Origin: a bacterium | GTDB taxonomy: Bacteria; Zhuqueibacterota; Zhuqueibacteria; Oceanimicrobiales; Oceanimicrobiaceae | Assembly (NCBI GenBank): GCA_046757525.1 | Contig: JBHHYI010000120.1 | Location: forward strand, 1 to 12,794 | Reading direction: 5' to 3' | Length of the DNA: 12,794 bases | Shown: piece after piece, positions 6,660-12,794 of the stretch | How the letters are laid out: each line of letters starts with the position of its first letter | Numbering within the stretch: the stretch's first letter is position 1 | Made by a program: the position numbers and the translations under genes | Notes under the pieces: generated by a model | Told to the model about the DNA's origin: nothing | Seen by the model: the letters and a program-made list of their open reading frames with translations, nothing else | The model's database searches: none

Positions 6660-7570
6660 ATAAAAAAGTCCTCCATGTTGGAACACGTCGCAGCGCCCTT
6701 GCGAAAGCTCAGACCCAATGGGTGACGAAGCGGCTGTTACGAATGCATCCGCAATTGCATTTAGAGGTTCAAGAGGTGGTCACCACAGGGGATAAGGTTT
6801 TGGATACCTCCTTAAATCTAATGCCGGGCAAGGGGGTCTTTGTCAAAGAGATTGAAGAAAAACTATTGGCTGGCGAAATCGATTTGGCCGTCCACAGCAT
6901 GAAAGATCTACCGACAGAATTCCCGCAGGGGTTGGTCATTGGGGCGATTCCGGAAAGAGTCGATCCCAGGGACGTGCTTGTCACGCGGCTGAATCAGAAT
7001 CTTGAAGATTTACCGGAAGGCGCAAAAATCGGTACCAGCAGTTTGCGTCGGAAAGCACAATTGCTAAACTTTCGTCCTGATTTGAAAGTTGTCGATGTTC
7101 GCGGCAACATCGACACCCGCTTGAAGAAGGCGGGAAGCGAAGATTACGATGGCGTTGTTTTGGCTGCAGCAGGGCTCACTCGAATGGGTTGGGAAGACCG
7201 CATTCAGCAGTATTTGAGTTGTGGGGTCATGATTCCAGCCGTTGCACAAGGAGCGTTAGGCATTGAAATTCGTGCTGATGATGAAGAAACGCTTGCGTTG
7301 ATTGCACCCCTGAACGATTCAAGCACTCGAAGGGCCGTTCAGGCCGAGCGACGCTTCTTGCAACAAATGGGCGGCGGCTGCCAAACCCCAATGGGTGCGT
7401 TTTGTCGGGAGAGAGAAGGGACGATTGTATTTCAGGCCTTTTGCGCCGAAGCGGACGGCAGCAATTTCCACAAAGACAAATTAGAGGGAGCTATTGACGA
7501 GGCTATGGAGCTTGCTTTGCAGTTGGCTGACCGTCTTATGAAAAAATCGCGGATGAAGGATTCCGTATGA
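6656..7570 (+). CDS. hemC: Hydroxymethylbilane synthase (porphobilinogen deaminase)
   Basis: GTRRSALAKAQ, GKGVFVKEIE, DLAVHSMKDLP, IGTSSLRR, RGNIDTRL and cofactor Cys in GGGCQTP. ATGA overlap with hemA. Confidence 0.97.
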   Translation: MNKKVLHVGTRRSALAKAQTQWVTKRLLRMHPQLHLEVQEVVTTGDKVLDTSLNLMPGKGVFVKEIEEKLLAGEIDLAVHSMKDLPTEFPQGLVIGAIPERVDPRDVLVTRLNQNLEDLPEGAKIGTSSLRRKAQLLNFRPDLKVVDVRGNIDTRLKKAGSEDYDGVVLAAAGLTRMGWEDRIQQYLSCGVMIPAVAQGALGIEIRADDEETLALIAPLNDSSTRRAVQAERRFLQQMGGGCQTPMGAFCREREGTIVFQAFCAEADGSNFHKDKLEGAIDEAMELALQLADRLMKKSRMKDSV

Positions 7571-8340
7571 GCAGACCTTTAGCCAGAAAGACCGTGGTTG
7601 TGACGCGAGCAGTGGAACAAGCTGACGAGTTCATCACGCCATTGAAAAATGCAGGTGCCGCAGTGATTCACATTCCAACAATCGCAATTACCGAACCGGA
7701 TTCATGGGAATCTTGTGACGCGGCCATTGCTCACCTGCGTGAATATGATTGGCTTGTTTTCACGTCTACCAACGGGGTTCGGTTTTTTGTGCAGCATTTG
7801 CAAGCAAAAGGCAAGAAAATCGCTGGTTTGAGGACAAAGCGCATTGCGGCGGTTGGGAGGCGTACCGAGATGGCACTGAGCAGACTTGGTATTAAGGTAG
7901 ATGTTGTGCCTGAATATTTTAGTGCTCGCGGGCTTGTGGAGTCGTTTCAAAATGAAAACCTGACGGGAAAAAAGTTTCTCATCGCAAAGGCTCAAAAAGG
8001 CTCAGACCTTTTGGAAGCGGGACTGAAGGCTAAGGGAGCAAGCGTGAATGCTGTCGCTGTTTACAAAACCCAGGCCCCGAGAATGCAAAATCTCACAGAA
8101 TGTGTTAATGGGCAACGCATCGATTTGTTGACGTTCACAAGTCCTTCAACATTCCGCAATTTTGTTTCGGCGTTTGGCAAGGAAACCATAACCGCCTGGA
8201 AGAGAAACGGGTGTGCGATCGCGGCCATTGGCAGCGTGACTGCGGCAGCCATCGCAAAATATGATTTTAACGTAGATATCCTACCACGAGAATCTACCAT
8301 CGCAAGTTTAGTAGAAGCCATTTCTGAGTATTACCATTGA
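7567..8340 (+). CDS. hemD: Uroporphyrinogen-III synthase
   Basis: VVVTRAVEQA, YDWLVFTSTNGV, AAVGRRT, VYKT, FTSPSTFRNF and AIGSVTA. ATGA overlap with hemC. Confidence 0.95.
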   Translation: MSRPLARKTVVVTRAVEQADEFITPLKNAGAAVIHIPTIAITEPDSWESCDAAIAHLREYDWLVFTSTNGVRFFVQHLQAKGKKIAGLRTKRIAAVGRRTEMALSRLGIKVDVVPEYFSARGLVESFQNENLTGKKFLIAKAQKGSDLLEAGLKAKGASVNAVAVYKTQAPRMQNLTECVNGQRIDLLTFTSPSTFRNFVSAFGKETITAWKRNGCAIAAIGSVTAAAIAKYDFNVDILPRESTIASLVEAISEYYH

Positions 8341-9392
8341 GTGAGCCATTGCAAAACGACCTCTTGATTAAAGCCTGCCGAAGACAACCGATTCCACGGA
8401 CACCGGTGTGGATCATGCGTCAGGCCGGCCGATATTTGCCTGAATACCAAAAGGTACGCACGAAGGTAGACTTCTTGACCATGTGTCGAACACCCGAATT
8501 GGCTGCGGAAGTAACCCTGCAACCGGTTGATATTTTAGACGTGGATGCCGCCATCATTTTTTCTGATATTTTAGTGATTCCACAAGCCATGGGCATGGAG
8601 CTAAGTTTTTCCGAAGGCCGTGGCCCGGTCTTTGAAAGACCGCTTCGAGTTGAGCAAGATTTTGACAAATTACAGCCAGTGGAGGTTGAGTGTAAATTGA
8701 ATTATGTCCTCGAGGCGATAAAGTTAGTTCGTCGAGAACTGGCGGGTCGCGTGCCGTTAATCGGCTTTGCCGGCGCGCCCTGGACTCTGGCCGCTTACAT
8801 GATTGAAGGTCACGGATCTAAGGATTTTGCTCAGATAAAACGGCTGATGTACACGGCACCGGAATTGCTCAAAGAGTTGCTGGATAAATTAGCCGTGGCT
8901 GTTTCCGACTTCTTGCTTGGCCAAATACGGGCTGGAGCAGATGTAGTTCAGATTTTTGACAGTTGGGCCGGAATCTTAACGCCGGAGTGCTACCGCTCGT
9001 TTGCACTACCTTACACGCGGAAAGTGGTACAGCGGCTAAAGCAGCAGCAACGTGCACCCATCATCGTCTTTGCCCGGGAGGCGGGCCATGCCATCGAAGA
9101 CCTTGCCGATACCGGCGCCGACGTTTTGAGCGTCTCCTGGCACGAAGACTTGGCTTTAGCAAAGAAACGGGTAAATGGCAAAGTAGCCTTGCAGGGCAAT
9201 TTGGATCCCTGTGTGCTGCTTGCCCCGATAGATCGGATCAAAACAGAAGTGGTCACTGTGTTAGAAAAAGCAGGTCAGGGTTCGGCACACATTTTCAACT
9301 TGGGCCATGGCATCTTACCGCAAACGCCGGTTGAGCATGCCAGGGCCATGGTGCAGTTTGTGAAAGAAGAAAGTGCGAGCTATCATGTTTAG
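8337..9392 (+). CDS. hemE: Uroporphyrinogen decarboxylase
   Basis: TPVWIMRQAGRYLPEY, EVTLQP, DAAIIFSDIL, LIGFAGAPWTLAAY, QIFDSWAG, LQGNLDP and HIFNLGHG. TTG start overlaps the hemD stop (TTGA); TTG 8349 is an alternative. Confidence 0.97.
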   Translation: MSEPLQNDLLIKACRRQPIPRTPVWIMRQAGRYLPEYQKVRTKVDFLTMCRTPELAAEVTLQPVDILDVDAAIIFSDILVIPQAMGMELSFSEGRGPVFERPLRVEQDFDKLQPVEVECKLNYVLEAIKLVRRELAGRVPLIGFAGAPWTLAAYMIEGHGSKDFAQIKRLMYTAPELLKELLDKLAVAVSDFLLGQIRAGADVVQIFDSWAGILTPECYRSFALPYTRKVVQRLKQQQRAPIIVFAREAGHAIEDLADTGADVLSVSWHEDLALAKKRVNGKVALQGNLDPCVLLAPIDRIKTEVVTVLEKAGQGSAHIFNLGHGILPQTPVEHARAMVQFVKEESASYHV

Positions 9393-9436
9393 CGACTCAA
9401 ACGGCTCCCCTGCGATTTACAAATCCACGGAACAGA

Positions 9437-10843
9437 ATGGTCATTAGGAAAAACAACTCTAAAGCGATATTTGTGGACCTCGAAATGCTGCAACGGTATG
9501 ACACGCCAGGTCCCCGTTATACCAGCTACCCCACTGCGCCGCGATTTACCCAGGAATTTGGTCAAAAGGAGTTCGAAGAAGAAATTCAAAGAAGCAACGA
9601 GACGGAAAGTTCGGCGGATTTGTCCTTGTACTTCCACTTGCCTTTTTGCGATACGTTGTGCTATTTTTGCGGCTGCACGATGATCATCACCCACAACAGT
9701 CGGCGCATTGATGAATACATAGACTATTTGACCAGAGAAATTGAGCTGGTTAGTTCAAAGGTCAAAAAAGGGCGAAAAGTCGCCCAGCTACACTGGGGCG
9801 GGGGCACGCCTACCTATTTGACCCCTGACCAGATTCGCCGCTTGTTTGAAGCCATCCGCGGGCACTTTGCTTTTCAGCCTGATGCAGAAGTTGGTGTGGA
9901 AATCGACCCCAGAGGCTTGACCGAAGCGCATTTAGATGCGCTAAAGGAAGCCGGATTTAACCGCGCCAGCATGGGAGTACAGGATTTTGAACCCAGAGTG
10001 CAGGAAGCGGTGAATAGGTTGCAATCGGAGGAATTGACCCGGTGGGTTTTTCAGGGCCTACGCGAACGCGGCTTCGAAAGCATCAATTTGGATCTAATCT
10101 ACGGATTACCTTTTCAAACGATGGATTCCTTTAGCCGCACACTGGATCGAATTCTCCACATCTCGCCTGATCGACTGGCCGTATTTAACTACGCTCACGT
10201 GCCGTGGATGAAAAAACACCAGCAAGTTATCAAAGAGGAAACGCTGCCCGGGGCCCACGAAAAACTCAGCATTCTCAAGACCACGATCGAAAAACTTACC
10301 TCGGAGGGATATGTTTATATCGGGATGGATCATTTTGCAAAAGCTGAGGATGCTTTGACTCAGGCGTTGCAGGAGAAAAGCCTCTATCGCAATTTTCAAG
10401 GATACTCAACCAAATCGGGATGCGACTTATATGCTTTCGGCATGTCGAGCATCAGTCAACTCCAGGACGTGTATGCACAGAACACAAAAGATATTGGCGG
10501 CTACTATGAAGCTATCGACGCGGGACGTCTGGCAACTCACCGGGGCTATCGACTAACAAAGGATGATCAGTTAAGGCGACATGTTATCATGAAGCTGATG
10601 TGTGATTTTGAGCTGGATAAGAAGCAGGTGGAGAAAAAATTCCATATCACTTTTGATGATTATTTTCAAGATGCTTTACCAGAATTGGAGCGATTTGCCG
10701 CAGACGGTCTCATCGACTGGCCAAACGGCGTCATTGCCATCACAGAGACGGGTCGTTTGTTGATTAGAAATATCGCGATGACCTTTGACAAATATCTGAA
10801 ACAAAAAGGGCAAGACACGCCTTTGTATTCGAGAACAGTTTAG
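9437..10843 (+). CDS. hemN: Oxygen-independent coproporphyrinogen III dehydrogenase (radical SAM, HemN/CgdH)
   Basis: GPRYTSYPTA N-terminal motif (true HemN rather than HemW), HLPFCDTLCYFCGC (CxxxCxxC plus fourth Cys), HWGGGTP, GMDHFA and RNFQGY. Confidence 0.97.
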   Translation: MVIRKNNSKAIFVDLEMLQRYDTPGPRYTSYPTAPRFTQEFGQKEFEEEIQRSNETESSADLSLYFHLPFCDTLCYFCGCTMIITHNSRRIDEYIDYLTREIELVSSKVKKGRKVAQLHWGGGTPTYLTPDQIRRLFEAIRGHFAFQPDAEVGVEIDPRGLTEAHLDALKEAGFNRASMGVQDFEPRVQEAVNRLQSEELTRWVFQGLRERGFESINLDLIYGLPFQTMDSFSRTLDRILHISPDRLAVFNYAHVPWMKKHQQVIKEETLPGAHEKLSILKTTIEKLTSEGYVYIGMDHFAKAEDALTQALQEKSLYRNFQGYSTKSGCDLYAFGMSSISQLQDVYAQNTKDIGGYYEAIDAGRLATHRGYRLTKDDQLRRHVIMKLMCDFELDKKQVEKKFHITFDDYFQDALPELERFAADGLIDWPNGVIAITETGRLLIRNIAMTFDKYLKQKGQDTPLYSRTV

Positions 10844-10867
10844 AACGGTTCATCGAGGAATAGGGAA

Positions 10868-12112
10868 ATGGATACGCGAGAATTTCTAAAACTGTATAAA
10901 TACGATGACCGATTGGTGACAGGTAAATACTACCCCTCTGAGCCAATCGAGGCGAAGGCGGGAGACACCGTCGGGGTGGTGCTGTTGAATCTCGGCGGGC
11001 CCAGAAAATTAGAGGATATCCAACCCTTTCTTTACAACTTGTTCATGGATCCGGCCATCATCGATATACCTATCGGTGGCATCTTTCGCCACTGGTTATC
11101 GACGTTCATTTCTAAAAACCGTTCGAAAAAGGTTGCAAAGGACTATGCAAGAATCGGTGGGGGGTCGCCCATAAACAGGCTGACTCGAGAGCAAGCCGAG
11201 AACCTGGAAATAGCGTTGAATCGCATGTTTGGCAAGCCGGCTGGCGTCGCCTTCCGGGTTTACATCGCCATGCGTTATTGGAACCCCAGTTCAGAAGAGG
11301 CAGCCGAACAAATGCTGCAAGATGGGGTGGACAGAGTGGTCTTGCTGCCACTTTACCCGCATTACTCCAAAACCACCACCGGCTCATCTTTGATTTACTG
11401 GTGGATGCTTGAACAGCATGACGAAATCCCCCAATGGCCAACGACTTATGTTTCCGAATATGCTGCCCATCCGAAGTTTATTGGAGCCCTTAGCGAGCGA
11501 ATTGACCAGGGGCTTGCGCGGTTTCCTGAAGAAATTGGCAGCAAGATTCAGCTCGTGTTCAGCGCCCACGGAACTCCCGTACTCGAAATGAAAAAGCGCC
11601 GCGATCCCTACTGTTGCCTGGTCCATGCCACGGTAGAACAGGTCATGAATTTGCGCAAAAGAGACTTGCCGTTTCATGTCGCCTTTCAGAGCAAAGTTGG
11701 TCCTGTGGAGTGGCTGACACCGAGTACACCGAACAAACTAAAAGAATTGGCAGAAAGAGGTGAAACGGCGGTTTTGATTATTCCCGTAGCCTTCGTTACG
11801 GATCATATCGAAACTCTGTATGAGCTTGACATACTGATTCGGAATCAAGCCAGAGAATTCGGAATCGAACATTACGAGGTCACCCGAGGGCTAAACTCGC
11901 ATCCCTTATTCATCGAGGCATTAGCAGAAGCGGCGGCAGCGCAAGTTGTTTTTCCGAACAACGCCCGTGTCAAACAAAAAGGTTGGAAATTGCGCCCGAT
12001 GCAACAATTGCCAAAATATGCCTCCGACGACAGAACCACGCGCTGTCACCAGTGTGAGTTTATTGCCGAAGCGATTCGTTGGGATTCTGCGCCCGCGGAG
12101 ACTCGGGTCTAA
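10868..12112 (+). CDS. hemH: Ferrochelatase (protoporphyrin-type) with N- and C-terminal extensions
   Basis: GVVLLNLGGP, IGGGSP, AMRYWNP, LPLYPHYS, FSAHG, FQSKVGPVEWL and FVTDHIETLYEL. Confidence 0.96.
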   Translation: MDTREFLKLYKYDDRLVTGKYYPSEPIEAKAGDTVGVVLLNLGGPRKLEDIQPFLYNLFMDPAIIDIPIGGIFRHWLSTFISKNRSKKVAKDYARIGGGSPINRLTREQAENLEIALNRMFGKPAGVAFRVYIAMRYWNPSSEEAAEQMLQDGVDRVVLLPLYPHYSKTTTGSSLIYWWMLEQHDEIPQWPTTYVSEYAAHPKFIGALSERIDQGLARFPEEIGSKIQLVFSAHGTPVLEMKKRRDPYCCLVHATVEQVMNLRKRDLPFHVAFQSKVGPVEWLTPSTPNKLKELAERGETAVLIIPVAFVTDHIETLYELDILIRNQAREFGIEHYEVTRGLNSHPLFIEALAEAAAAQVVFPNNARVKQKGWKLRPMQQLPKYASDDRTTRCHQCEFIAEAIRWDSAPAETRV

Positions 12113-12130
12113 TGCATTGGCTATTCGAAT

Positions 12131-12794
12131 ATGTCTGACCAATCTGTTGAAAAAGATGCCGTAATCATCGGCGGTGGCATTTCAGGGTTAGCCACCGCTT
12201 ACCGGCTGCTAAAATCCGGTCTGGACATTTTGCTGCTGGAAAAATCGGCACATATCGGAGGAGCGATTCACACCGAGGAATTCGACGGCTTTCTCATCGA
12301 TTACGGTCCCAATAGCACCCTGGACACTTCACCCAGGATTGGAGGCTTCCTCAAGGAAATAGGTTTGCAGGACGAGCGAGTTGCGGCTAACGCTAACGCC
12401 AAACGGCGCTATATTCTGAAGAACGGCCAACTTTTGCCCTTGCCCATGAATCCGCCGCAGTTTGTCATGTCCAGGCTTTTTTCGTTAAGAGCAAAATTGC
12501 GGCTGCTGCGAGAACCCTTTATTTCTGCGGCTCCACACGACCAAGAAGAAAGCATCGCCGAGTTTGTTGAACGGAGACTTGGCAGGGAATTCTTAGACTA
12601 TGCGATTAACCCGTTCATCGCTGGCGTGTATGCCGGCGATCCGTGCCGATTGAGCGTGCGTAGCGCCGTGTCAAAGATCTACGGGCTTGAAAAGAAATAT
12701 GGCAGCTTGATCAAAGGCGCCATCAAGGGCGCGAAAGAACGGAAGAAGCGCAGGGAAAGTGATAAGACGAAAGCGCAACTCTTTTCTTTTGAAA
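12131..12794 (+). CDS. hemY: FAD-dependent protoporphyrinogen oxidase, HemY/PgoX family (3' truncated by window edge; absent from ORF track)
   Basis: Manual translation: MSDQSVEKDAVIIGGGISGLATAY...LLEKSAHIGGAIHT...DYGPNS...RYILKNG...EESIAEFVERRLG...PFIAGVYAGDP...EKKYGSLIKG. The frame is open to the window end. Confidence 0.95.
   Translation, partial: MSDQSVEKDAVIIGGGISGLATAYRLLKSGLDILLLEKSAHIGGAIHTEEFDGFLIDYGPNSTLDTSPRIGGFLKEIGLQDERVAANANAKRRYILKNGQLLPLPMNPPQFVMSRLFSLRAKLRLLREPFISAAPHDQEESIAEFVERRLGREFLDYAINPFIAGVYAGDPCRLSVRSAVSKIYGLEKKYGSLIKGAIKGAKERKKRRESDKTKAQLFSFE

Noticed and set aside
116..12164. Remaining antisense and out-of-frame ORFs in the track (60-138 aa)
   Set aside because: They are shadows of well-supported genes and show no recognisable domains.
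1..12794. CRISPR array, IS/transposase, integrase, tRNA/rRNA, riboswitch or defence system
   Set aside because: I saw no regularly spaced repeats, terminal inverted repeats or matching proteins. A covariance-model search of 4957-5336 was not possible, so a small RNA there is not excluded.

Overview
Bacterial chromosomal window with no mobile element, RNA gene or CRISPR array that I can support. It has three blocks. (1) The 3' end of an ABC ATPase converges on a peroxide/iron module: a DPS-like ('thioferritin') gene followed by an atypical plant-type [2Fe-2S] ferredoxin, both divergent from oxyR, with a 15/16 OxyR operator next to a plausible sigma70 promoter. (2) A probably exported alpha/beta hydrolase and a short-form malic enzyme lie on the minus strand. 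(3) A tightly coupled heme operon, hemA-hemC-hemD-hemE-hemN-hemH-hemY (last gene truncated), is preceded by a sigma54-like -24/-12 element and upstream palindromes resembling enhancer sites. The best leads are the OxyR-DPSL-ferredoxin unit, the candidate sigma54 control of heme synthesis, and a ferrochelatase whose only four cysteines form a CC + CxxC arrangement. All family calls come from motif recognition by eye; no searches were run.
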